Of a stretch of 52,519 bases of DNA, positions 1-7,839 are shown piece by piece (position 1 is the stretch's first letter; each line of letters begins with the position of its first letter). The notes under the pieces are model-generated. The model saw only the letters and a program-made list of their open reading frames with translations. It was not told where the DNA came from and ran no database searches. This DNA comes from Solirubrobacterales bacterium (GTDB taxonomy: Bacteria > Actinomycetota > Thermoleophilia > Solirubrobacterales > Solirubrobacteraceae): assembly GCA_025963905.1 (NCBI GenBank), contig JAOPZW010000375.1, positions 1 to 52,519 on the forward strand. The letters run 5' to 3'. A program made the position numbers and the translations under genes.

Positions 1-127
1 CGCCAACCTCACGCCGCGCTGGATCAGCTCATCGGGGTACTTCTTCGGACGGGCCATAACGTCGGGACTTCCTCTCCCGAGGATCAGATCCTCGTTACGA
101 GGCCTCCGTCAAACCCAGCCTGGCTCA
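1..127 (-). mobile_element. Edge of an IS3-family insertion sequence: first 19 codons of transposase OrfA (1..57, continues off the left edge), its RBS, and a possible terminal inverted repeat
   Basis: The reverse complement of 1..57 reads MARPKKYPDELIQRGVRLA, a typical IS3-family OrfA (HTH) N-terminus. GGAGAGGAAG lies on the minus strand at 68..77, 10 nt before the ATG. A possible IS end, TGAGCCAGG..., reads leftward from 127. GGCTCA/TGAGCC forms an inverted pair at 122..136. Local GC is lower than the surroundings. Confidence 0.45.
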
Positions 128-241
128 AACTGAGCCGGTCAAGGTCATCAAGGCCGCGCGGTCGCGGCGGCGCGCCCGTGCGTGACGTGGCGGGCGCGGC
201 CGGCGCGGTGAGCGCGCGTTAACGCTTGGTAGGGTTGCCCG

Positions 242-1105
242 ATGGCCGATGGGACGACGCAGGACGACGGCGAGGCCACCGCGGTGAGCTGGGTCTCGGG
301 CGGTGGCGACTTCTCCGACATCCGCTACGAGCTGAGCGGCGACGGCATCGCGAAGGTCACGATCGACCGCGCCCACGTGCGCAACGCCTTCCGGCCGGAG
401 ACGCTCGTGGAGGTCTCGCAGGCACTGGAGCTCGCGCGCGAGGATCCTGACGTCGGGGTGATCATCCTCTGCGGCGCGGGTCCGCACGCGTTCTGCTCCG
501 GCGGCGACCAGAACGTCCGCGGTGACACGGGCTACCTGGGCGAGGGGGCGCGTGTCGGCCGCTTCCACGTGACCGACCTCCAGGTCCAGATGCGTCGCCT
601 GCCCAAGCCGGTTGTGGCGATGGTCGCCGGCTACGCGATCGGTGGCGGCCACGTGCTGCACCTCTGCTGCGACCTGACGATCGCGGCCGACAACGCGCGC
701 TTCGGGCAGACCGGGCCGCGCGTCGGCTCCTGGGACGGCGGCTTCGGCGCCTCCCTGCTGCGCGACCTCGTCGGCACCAAGAAGGCCAAGGAGTTCTGGC
801 TGCTGTGTCGCCAGTACGACGCCGAGCAGGCGCTGGCGATGAGGTTGGTCAACACGGTCGTCCCGCTGGAGCGCCTGGAGGCGGAGACTGTGCGGTGGTG
901 CCGCGAGATGCTCGCGCTCTCGCCCTTCGCGCTGCGTCTGGTGAAGTCGAGCTTCCACGCCCACGAGGACGGCTACGCGGGCATCCAGCAGCTGGCCCAC
1001 GACGCCAACCTGCTCTTCTACGCCAGCGACGAGGCGAAGGAGGGGCGCGAGGCCTACAAGGCCAAGCGCGCTCCGGACTTCTCGAAGTTCCCGCGCCGCC
1101 CCTAG
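242..1105 (+). CDS. menB: 1,4-dihydroxy-2-naphthoyl-CoA synthase (MenB, crotonase superfamily)
   Basis: 287 aa. Contains [35 protein letters not shown] and [14 protein letters not shown]. The MenB-specific C-terminal tail is present ([15 protein letters not shown]). ATG at 242. Confidence 0.9.
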   Translation: MADGTTQDDGEATAVSWVSGGGDFSDIRYELSGDGIAKVTIDRAHVRNAFRPETLVEVSQALELAREDPDVGVIILCGAGPHAFCSGGDQNVRGDTGYLGEGARVGRFHVTDLQVQMRRLPKPVVAMVAGYAIGGGHVLHLCCDLTIAADNARFGQTGPRVGSWDGGFGASLLRDLVGTKKAKEFWLLCRQYDAEQALAMRLVNTVVPLERLEAETVRWCREMLALSPFALRLVKSSFHAHEDGYAGIQQLAHDANLLFYASDEAKEGREAYKAKRAPDFSKFPRRP

Positions 1106-1301
1106 TCTAGGACGGGTCGGGCGCGTCCCGCCCTCGGATCATCGGCGGTGTCCGGAGTAAGCTCGGGCGGTGGCGGCCCCGAGCTGCCCAAACTCTGGCC
1201 GGGCTCTCTAGCCGCCGAGGCGCTCCCGGCGCCAGCACGCAAGCGGCGTGCGCGCCGGCGACAGATGCCGCGATCACCGTCGCGAAACGCCCGGGGTTCG
1301 C

Positions 1302-1572
1302 TGGACGTGGTCAGAACCTACTTGCAGCGGGGGAGGTCACGCCGACATCGCGGCCCCGGTGCATCGTGCCGTGGCGGCGCGGACGCTCGGGCTCCTGGCG
1401 CAAGTCGGCAAGCGGACGCCGATCGTGATGACCGGCGGCGTGGCGAAGAACCCGGCCGCCGTGCACTACATGTCGCAGGCGCTCGGGCTCCCGGTCCAGG
1501 TCCCGGGCCACCCGCTGATCTCGGGCGCCTTCGGCGCCGCCCTCCTGGCGCTCGACGAGCATCTCGGACGCT
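1302..1572 (+). pseudogene. Remnant of a BcrA/BcrD/BadF/BadG/HgdC-type (acyl-CoA dehydratase/reductase activase) ATPase; C-terminal ~80 aa only
   Basis: The frame of ORF 1248..1721 reads ...ADIAAPVHRAVAARTLGLLAQVGKRTPIVMTGGVAKNPAAVHYMSQALGLPVQVPGHPLISGAFGAALLAL. This matches the conserved C-terminal end of these ~260-aa ATPases. A neighbouring frame just upstream reads SLDVVRTYLQRG, resembling SEVISLLARG, which suggests a frameshift near 1325..1338. No N-terminal ATPase (GIDxGST) part is present. Confidence 0.4.
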
Positions 1573-1747
1573 CGGGCGCCGTCGGCGCCCGGCGGCGAGA
1601 GGACGTGCTCATCGGTTCTGCGCCGGTCGCCGACGTGCCTGACTGCCATACCTGCGACGCGGCCCGGACGGCCGACGCGCCCTCCCGGCTGCTGCAGCTC
1701 ACGCCGCTGGTCCGGAGATAGGCGGGGCCCGCCACCCCAGGAGTTCT

Positions 1748-4700
1748 CTAGCGCCTCAGGTTCTTCAGGAGGTGTCGCGTCGACTCCGCCGGGTCCGTCG
1801 ACAGCTCGGCCAGCGCGGCGCGGCAGCCACGGAAGCGCGCGATGACCTGGTCGTCCTGGCCCATCGCCGCGGCCACGCGCATGGCCAGCCGCCACGCGCT
1901 CTCCCGGTAGGGGTCTGACGCCAGGACGAGCTGGACCTGCTGCTCCGCGCGACCGAGGTCGCCGAGCTCGAAGGCCACTTCGGCGATGTCGAGGCTCGCG
2001 TCGGTAGCGAGCGACGCCAGGACCGCTCGGCGCTTGTCCACCCACGGCGACGTGACGCCCGGCAGGTAGTCGCCCGATGCCGTGAGCGCGAGGGCGTCAT
2101 CCAGGATCTCGATGCGCGCCGCGCCCCCTACCCGCGCGGCGCTCTGGACGAGCCGCTCGAGGCGCAGCCCGTCGCTGCTCAGGTGCTCATCGCGCCAGGC
2201 CACCTCCTCGGCGCCGACCTCGAGGGGCGCGTCGTCGGGCAGCACGTCCTTGAGGCGCGCCAACGCCTGGCGCACGTAGCTGCGGGCCGAGCCGTCGGTG
2301 CGGCCGTCGAACAGCTCGTCCAGCAGCGTCTGGCGGCTGGCTCGCCGTCGGTGCGTCGCCAGGTAGGCGAGCAGCTCGAGGCTCTTGCTGAGCTTCGGAT
2401 GCACCTCCTCGCCGTCGACGACGAGCGCCGGCGCTCCGAACTCGCGCACGTGCACGCGCGGCAGCAGAGCGACGTCGGAGAGCGCGCCCTCGGCCATCAG
2501 CGCGCGCCCGATCCGATGCCACGGGGAGTCGACGCCGGCCTCGGCGTCCAGCCGGCGCGCGACGACCGAGGGGAACTCGCGCAGCGCTTGGAGCAGCAGG
2601 TAGTTCGAGGCCTGACGCTGCGCCCCGGCCAGCGCCAGGTCGGCCGCGGCGTCGGCCGCGTCCTCGTCGCCCAGCCGCCACTCGGCCTCCGCGAGGTAGA
2701 CGCCGGCGGCCGGCAAAAAGAACAGGCGATCCCATTGCTGGAGGAGCGCCACTGCTCTGCGCAGGTGGACGCCGGCCTTGACCGCGTCGTCGTCGAGGAG
2801 GGCCATCAGCCCGCGCCACAGCTCGATCTGCTCCAGCGTGCGCAGCCGCCGGCGCGCCGTCGGATCGGCTTCGACCTTGGCCAGCGCGACCGCCGCCGCG
2901 GCCGTGTCGCGCCGCAGCCGGAGCGCGAGCATCGCCTCGAACAGGTAGTGCAACATGACGCTGAGCGCGCCGCTGCGACCGACCAGCTCGCGGCCTTCTC
3001 GCGCGGCCGCGTCGGCTTCGCCGTGCCGTCCGAGATCGGCCATGATCTCGCCGAACTGCCGCACCCGCGACGACGTCCAGCCGCTCGTCGAGGACTCCTG
3101 CAGCAGCGCCAGCGCCTCCTCGTGGCGGCCCACCGCGCGCAGCGCCTCGACGCGGCTGGAGCGCGCCGCGGCCCACGGGGTCGTCATCGGCTCGAGCAGG
3201 CGGTCGAAGCGTCCCTGGTAGAGGTCGAGCCGGGCCAGGAACCCGTGGAGCGCGGTGTGCTCCGGCCGGTCGCGGTAGTGGTGCCGGTCGTCGGCCATCG
3301 CCACGCCGAGCTGGAACCGCCACACGTCCCGGTCCGGGCCGGGCGGGAGGCGCTCGATCGTCTCGTAGGCGTCATCCAGGCGGCTGACATGCAGCAGGCA
3401 CATCGCCACCGCGCCGGCGGCGGCCGGGTCGAGCGGCGCGCCGGCGCTCAGCGCGAGCAGCCGGTCGGCCGCCTCGGCGCCGGCCTCGAACTCCTCGTGC
3501 TCCATCGCGACGACGAGCTCGGCGTAGGTCAGGACGCGGGAGCCGCGCACCACCGCCTCGCGGAACGCGCGCAGCCAGGACGACGCCACGGCGAAGTCGC
3601 GCCGCCGCAGCACGCCGGGCATCGCCCGCTCGCCGATCGCCTCGGCGGCGGCGACGTCGTCGGCCTCCAGGAACGCGGCGACCGCGTCGTCGGGACGCTC
3701 CTCCTCGGCCAAGAGGGCGCCGAGACGGCGGCGGAGCGCGCGCACCGTCGTCACGTCGAGCTCGCGCAGCCGTTGCTGCAGGAACTCGCGGAACCGCGGG
3801 TGGCACCGCATCTCGACGCCGTCGGCACCGAACGCGACGGGCGCGTGATGCGACCGCAGGCTCGCGAGCAGCGCGCCCGCGTCCGCGACGCCCAGCGCCT
3901 CGGCCCGCGCCGGCGTGACCTCGTCGAGCAGCGACGTGACGATCAGGAACCGCCGCTCGGCCGCGGGCAGCGTCGCCATGATCTCCGAGGAGAGGTAGCC
4001 GCTGAGCGGATCGGACTCGCCGCCGGCCCCGTGCGGGTGCGCGGGCGAGCGCCACGCCTCGAAGAGCACGCCGGCGACCCAGCCGCCGGTCGCCGCGACC
4101 GCGGTCTCGGCGTCGTCGGCCCGCTGGCCCAAGGCCGCCAGCGCGCCGGCGGCCTCCTCGAGCGTGAAGGCCAGGTCGGCCTCGGTCACCGCCGCGGCGC
4201 CCGCGTCGCGCGCGCCGCCGAGATGGAGCGGCACGTCGCGACGCGAGATGAGGATCACGCGCAGCGTCGGGGGCGCGAAGCGCAGGAACGCCCCGAGGGC
4301 GGCTTTGGCCTGGGGCGCGTCAACGAGGTGCTCGATCTCGTCGATCACGAGCGTCAGCTCGCGGGCGCCGACCGCCTCGGCCAGCAGGCCGGCGGCCTCG
4401 ACGTGGGTGACATCGTCGGCCAGCGCGACGGTGGCCGCGTCCGGCAGGCGGGGCAGCACGCGCGCCAGCGCGGACTCGAGGTAGGCGAGCAGCCGGCCCG
4501 GCGCGGCCTCCGACGCGTCGAGGGTCAGCCAGGCGACCGGCCGCGACGACGTCGCCACCGCCTCGACCACGGCGGTCGTCTTGCCCGCGCCGGCCGTCCC
4601 GCGGACCCAGACCAGGCTGGTCATCTCGGCCAGCTCGGCGATGCGCGACGCCAGCCGCGGTCGCGCCACCACCGATCCCCGCACCGACGGCGGACGGACC

Positions 4701-4789
4701 TTCGTGCTCAGCACGGTCACCGGCCAACCATGCCGGATTGCGGCCTTTCGCGCGGATTTCGCCGCCGGGCGTACGGTGGGAACCGACAC
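1748..4789 (-). CDS. Large STAND-type transcriptional regulator: MalT/LAL-like N-terminal P-loop ATPase, helical repeats, C-terminal winged-helix + BTAD (SARP-type) module
   Basis: 1013 aa. The N-terminus reads LSTKVRPPSVRGSVVARPRL followed by Walker A GTAGAGKTT. The C-terminus reads GAPALVVDGEEVHPKLSKSLELLAYLATHRRRASRQTLLDELF...YVRQALARLKDVL (wHTH), followed by a BTAD-like helical end (DPYRESAWRLAMRVAAAMGQDDQVIARF). GTG start at 4789. Confidence 0.8.
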   Translation of the reverse strand: MSVPTVRPAAKSARKAAIRHGWPVTVLSTKVRPPSVRGSVVARPRLASRIAELAEMTSLVWVRGTAGAGKTTAVVEAVATSSRPVAWLTLDASEAAPGRLLAYLESALARVLPRLPDAATVALADDVTHVEAAGLLAEAVGARELTLVIDEIEHLVDAPQAKAALGAFLRFAPPTLRVILISRRDVPLHLGGARDAGAAAVTEADLAFTLEEAAGALAALGQRADDAETAVAATGGWVAGVLFEAWRSPAHPHGAGGESDPLSGYLSSEIMATLPAAERRFLIVTSLLDEVTPARAEALGVADAGALLASLRSHHAPVAFGADGVEMRCHPRFREFLQQRLRELDVTTVRALRRRLGALLAEEERPDDAVAAFLEADDVAAAEAIGERAMPGVLRRRDFAVASSWLRAFREAVVRGSRVLTYAELVVAMEHEEFEAGAEAADRLLALSAGAPLDPAAAGAVAMCLLHVSRLDDAYETIERLPPGPDRDVWRFQLGVAMADDRHHYRDRPEHTALHGFLARLDLYQGRFDRLLEPMTTPWAAARSSRVEALRAVGRHEEALALLQESSTSGWTSSRVRQFGEIMADLGRHGEADAAAREGRELVGRSGALSVMLHYLFEAMLALRLRRDTAAAAVALAKVEADPTARRRLRTLEQIELWRGLMALLDDDAVKAGVHLRRAVALLQQWDRLFFLPAAGVYLAEAEWRLGDEDAADAAADLALAGAQRQASNYLLLQALREFPSVVARRLDAEAGVDSPWHRIGRALMAEGALSDVALLPRVHVREFGAPALVVDGEEVHPKLSKSLELLAYLATHRRRASRQTLLDELFDGRTDGSARSYVRQALARLKDVLPDDAPLEVGAEEVAWRDEHLSSDGLRLERLVQSAARVGGAARIEILDDALALTASGDYLPGVTSPWVDKRRAVLASLATDASLDIAEVAFELGDLGRAEQQVQLVLASDPYRESAWRLAMRVAAAMGQDDQVIARFRGCRAALAELSTDPAESTRHLLKNLRR

Positions 4790-4805
4790 CGAGATGGGTC
4801 CAGAA

Positions 4806-4841
4806 GCGGCGAGCGGGCCCTCCTCTCTGCCCGCTCGCCGC
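4806..4841. promoter_or_regulatory. 13-bp perfect inverted repeat (GCGGCGAGCGGGC - 10 nt CCTCCTCTCT - GCCCGCTCGCCGC) in the divergent region between the regulator and module 1
   Basis: Read directly. The arms are 4806..4818 and 4829..4841, and the spacer is 4819..4828. It lies 17 nt from the regulator start (4789) and 29 nt from the TTG at 4870. Confidence 0.4.
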
Positions 4842-4869
4842 CCTGCCCCGGACGCTGAAAGCCACCCAG

Positions 4870-5904
4870 TTGATCACGCCAGCCGACACCGAGTTCCACC
4901 CGCGCGACCCCTCGATCGCGAGCTGGACCGAGACCATGTTCATGATCTTCTCGGTCCCCGAGGCCAACATCCTGGGCAACGTCTACGTCCTGGCACGGCC
5001 GAACCTCGGCATCGCGACGTCGTCGATCATGGTCCAGCAGGGGTTCTGCCGCCAGCCGTACGAGATCGACTTCTGCGATCCGCAGGTGCACCTCGCCTGC
5101 CCGCCGTCGTTCCGCGACTTCTCGCTGGCCAACGGGCTGACTGTAGAAGTCACCAAGCCGCTGCTCGGCTATCGCATGTCCTACGCCGCGTCTTCGGGAG
5201 CCTGCGCGTTCGATCTCGACTTCGAGGCGTTGATGCCGCCGTTCGACATGCACGATCCCCGCGAGAACCCGCTGCACGTCGCCGGCGACGACTGGGCGGA
5301 GCCGCACAAGGCGACGACCGAGGCGACGAAGGGCCACTTCGACGTCGTGGGGCGCGTCACCGGCGAGTTCGAGCTGCGCGGGCGCCGCTACCGGGTCGAC
5401 TGCGTCGATGGGATGGACCACAGCTGGGGCCCCCGCTCGGAGGAGAGCGCGGGCACGGGTTCGCGCGCGGCCGCCTGGATGCACGTCACGTTCGGCGACG
5501 ACTTCGGGATGCATCTGGCAATGGCCCTGGACCTGCGCGACGGCGAGGTCGTCTACGACGGCCTGCGCTTCGGCTACGTCATGGACGGTCGCGAGGTCGT
5601 CGGCCTGGTCGAGGCCGACGTGCGCACCACCCGCGTCGACATGCTGGGCGTGAGCAACCACATCCAGGCGCGCGACGCGCGTGGGCGCGAGTACGAGTTC
5701 TTCGGGACGGCCGTGGCCGGCGCGCCCTGGTACTCGTTCAACCCCTGCTGCGTGTCGTTCCAGAGCCTGTACCGCTACCAGCACGAGGGCCGGGTCGGCT
5801 ACTGCGAGGGCGCGGACATCTTTGGGTTGAACTTCCTGGGCGAGCGCCTGTCGCGCCACTGCCGGGAACGGGGAGCGCCGGCGCTCGCGCCGACGACGTC
5901 GTAA
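4870..5904 (+). CDS. Uncharacterised beta-rich protein, module copy 1 (paralogue of 9093..10124)
   Basis: The TTG at 4870 is in frame with ORF 4738..5904. That start gives (M)ITPADTEFHPRDP, colinear with the paralogue's MITAADSEFHPRDP. The two share blocks LIFSVPEA.IL.NVYV.ARP.LG, GQGFCRQPYE(I/M)DF, GRVTGE..LRGRRY.VDC.D.MDHS(W/F)G.R and PWYSFNP. GC3-rich. Confidence 0.75.
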   Translation: MITPADTEFHPRDPSIASWTETMFMIFSVPEANILGNVYVLARPNLGIATSSIMVQQGFCRQPYEIDFCDPQVHLACPPSFRDFSLANGLTVEVTKPLLGYRMSYAASSGACAFDLDFEALMPPFDMHDPRENPLHVAGDDWAEPHKATTEATKGHFDVVGRVTGEFELRGRRYRVDCVDGMDHSWGPRSEESAGTGSRAAAWMHVTFGDDFGMHLAMALDLRDGEVVYDGLRFGYVMDGREVVGLVEADVRTTRVDMLGVSNHIQARDARGREYEFFGTAVAGAPWYSFNPCCVSFQSLYRYQHEGRVGYCEGADIFGLNFLGERLSRHCRERGAPALAPTTS

Positions 5905-5921
5905 GGACCGGGAGAGGGTCG

Positions 5922-7148
5922 ATGGGGGTCATGGAGATCACACGCGGCTGGGACTTCGCCCTGCTCGACGATCCGCCGCCGGACGTCGTCGAAGAGCTGC
6001 GCCGGCGCTATCCGGTCGAGCGCGAGACCGATCGCCAGCTCGTGCGCAAGCTGGGGCGGCGCGGCAGCGGGCCGTACGTGCCGGTGTCCCTGGAGGAGCT
6101 CAGCGACGCGGTCGCGAGGATGCTCGCCGACACGGTCGACGGCCCGTCCTCCATCACCAACGCCCGCTGGTTCACCGGGGGCGCGTCGAAGGTGCAGATG
6201 GGCTTCGACCTCGCGTGGCGGGACGCCGGCGGTCCGCGCCGGGACCGCCTCATGGTCCGCATGGATCCCGCCGAGTCGCACAACGCGACGAGCAAGCTGC
6301 GCGAGTTCGAGCTGCTGCGCGAGCTGCACGGGCGGATGCCGGTGCCCGAGGCCTTCTGGGTCGACGACGACGCGCTCTGGTTCCCGTATCCCGCGTTGGT
6401 GTACTCCTTGATCGACGGCATCGCCAAGCCGCGGGAGGGCGTCGGCGGCAAGGTCGTGGGGCTGGGCACGAACTTCGGGCCCGGCCTGCGTGAGCGGCTC
6501 GCGCCGCAGTACGTGGAGCACCTGGCGCGGATCCACACGCTCGACCTGCACGACGCCGAGCTGCCCAGCTTCGACGTGCCGGAGGTTGGCACGACCCAGA
6601 GCGCGCTCTGGGAGCTCAACCGCGCGCGGCGGCTGTGGGAGGAGGACCGCGGCGTCGACGTGCCGCTGATGGAGGTCGCCGGCAACTGGCTAGAGCGGAC
6701 GCTGCCGGTGCTCGACCACGTCGGCCTGGTCCACGGCGACTACCGCAGCGGCAACTTCCTCTACGACGAGGAGACGGCGCGCTTCACCGGCTGGCTGGAC
6801 TGGGAGCGCGCGCACCTCGGCGACCGCCACCGCGACCTCGCATGGTCGACGCAGCCCGTGTGCGGCCACTACGCCGAGGACGGCCGGACCTACCTCGTGT
6901 GCGGCCTCGTGCCGCTCGACGAGTTCTACGACAATTACTCGAAGTTGTCGGGGTTGACCGTCGACCCGGAGCGTCTGCGGTGGTATCGGGTCCTCAACGC
7001 CTACTCCATGGTCGCGAGCACCGTGGGCTCGGCGTGGCGCGTGGCGCGCCTGGGCAAGACGCACCAGGACATCCTCCTGGCGCGCGTCGAGGGCATGCGC
7101 GGCGTGGTGCTCGAAGAGCTGCGGACGTTGTTGGAGGAGGTGCTGTGA
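5922..7148 (+). CDS. APH-fold phosphotransferase (ACAD10/11 N-terminal / LvaA-like kinase family), module copy 1
   Basis: 408 aa starting at ATG 5922 (GGAGAGGG at 5911..5918). Catalytic-loop motif LVHGDYRSGNFLYDEE and metal-binding DWERAHLGDRHRDLAW are present. Colinear with 10121..11335. Confidence 0.85.
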   Translation: MGVMEITRGWDFALLDDPPPDVVEELRRRYPVERETDRQLVRKLGRRGSGPYVPVSLEELSDAVARMLADTVDGPSSITNARWFTGGASKVQMGFDLAWRDAGGPRRDRLMVRMDPAESHNATSKLREFELLRELHGRMPVPEAFWVDDDALWFPYPALVYSLIDGIAKPREGVGGKVVGLGTNFGPGLRERLAPQYVEHLARIHTLDLHDAELPSFDVPEVGTTQSALWELNRARRLWEEDRGVDVPLMEVAGNWLERTLPVLDHVGLVHGDYRSGNFLYDEETARFTGWLDWERAHLGDRHRDLAWSTQPVCGHYAEDGRTYLVCGLVPLDEFYDNYSKLSGLTVDPERLRWYRVLNAYSMVASTVGSAWRVARLGKTHQDILLARVEGMRGVVLEELRTLLEEVL

Positions 7149-7678
7149 TCGACGCGACCGACACGACGCTGCGGGCGTCGATCAAGGCGCTGCGGGACGT
7201 CGTCGCCCCGGCGCTCGACCCGGACGCGACCCAGGCGGCCGAGCAGCTGCGCCTGGTCGTCGACGCGCTCGACTTCCTGCGCCAGCGCGTCGGGCTGGTC
7301 GAGGAGCGCGAACTGTTCCTGCTCGAGCACGACCTCGCGCTCGCCCGGGCGGTCACCTCGCCCGCCGCGGCGTGCGCGCCCGCCTGCGCCGACGCGCTGG
7401 CCGCCGCGATCGCCCGCGCCGAGGACGTCCTGGCGCGCGCCGCCGTGCGACGCGCCGAGGTCGTCGAGGCCGGAGCGGCCCTCGGCGCCGCTCTGCGCGA
7501 GCTGATTCGCGACGCGGCGACGGCCGACCCGGCCGCGCGCGACGCGATCGAGCGCGCGACGGTTCGCGCCGCACGCGCGACCATCGCGGCCGACCGCGCC
7601 TGGTACCTGCCGCAGGGCTTCGACCCCGACCCGGGCGCGGTGCCGCCGATCGAGGCGGCGCTGGCGGTGCGCGAGTAG
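7145..7678 (+). CDS. All-helical partner protein of unknown function, module copy 1
   Basis: The GTG at 7145 overlaps the kinase stop (GTGA). 177 aa, Ala/Leu/Arg-rich, helical. It shares IKAL.DVVAP..DPD...EQL.LVVD.L and ERAWYLP.GFDP with 11332..11928. GC3-rich. Confidence 0.75.
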   Translation: MIDATDTTLRASIKALRDVVAPALDPDATQAAEQLRLVVDALDFLRQRVGLVEERELFLLEHDLALARAVTSPAAACAPACADALAAAIARAEDVLARAAVRRAEVVEAGAALGAALRELIRDAATADPAARDAIERATVRAARATIAADRAWYLPQGFDPDPGAVPPIEAALAVRE

Positions 7679-7839
7679 CGCGGGACGGGGCGAAGGGCGG
7701 CGACGTCCAGCACAGCTTCGCCGGCGGCGGGTCCAGCGGGCCGCCGGCGCTGGAGGGTTCCGCGACGCCGCCCCAAGTAGGGGCGGGCCGCCGCATGCCC
7801 GTGGAGCGATGGTCACGACAAGTACGGAGGAGACACGAC

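Noticed and set aside
2183-4858. 891-aa ORF on the plus strand opposite the large regulator
   Set aside because: This is a shadow ORF typical of very GC-rich DNA. It is Arg/Gly/Ala/Pro-rich with low complexity and no recognisable motif. The opposite frame carries clear Walker A and wHTH/BTAD signatures.
4738-4869. Upstream extension of the module-1 beta-rich protein (ATG 4738), and the analogous long N-terminal extensions of ORFs 4581..7148, 6635..7678, 7372..9072, 11086..11928, 14392..16620, 43903..45096, 44571..46085 and 49447..52446
   Set aside because: The extensions overlap upstream genes, are low-complexity, and are absent from the paralogues. Internal starts with an RBS or 4-nt overlaps give N-termini that align between paralogues.
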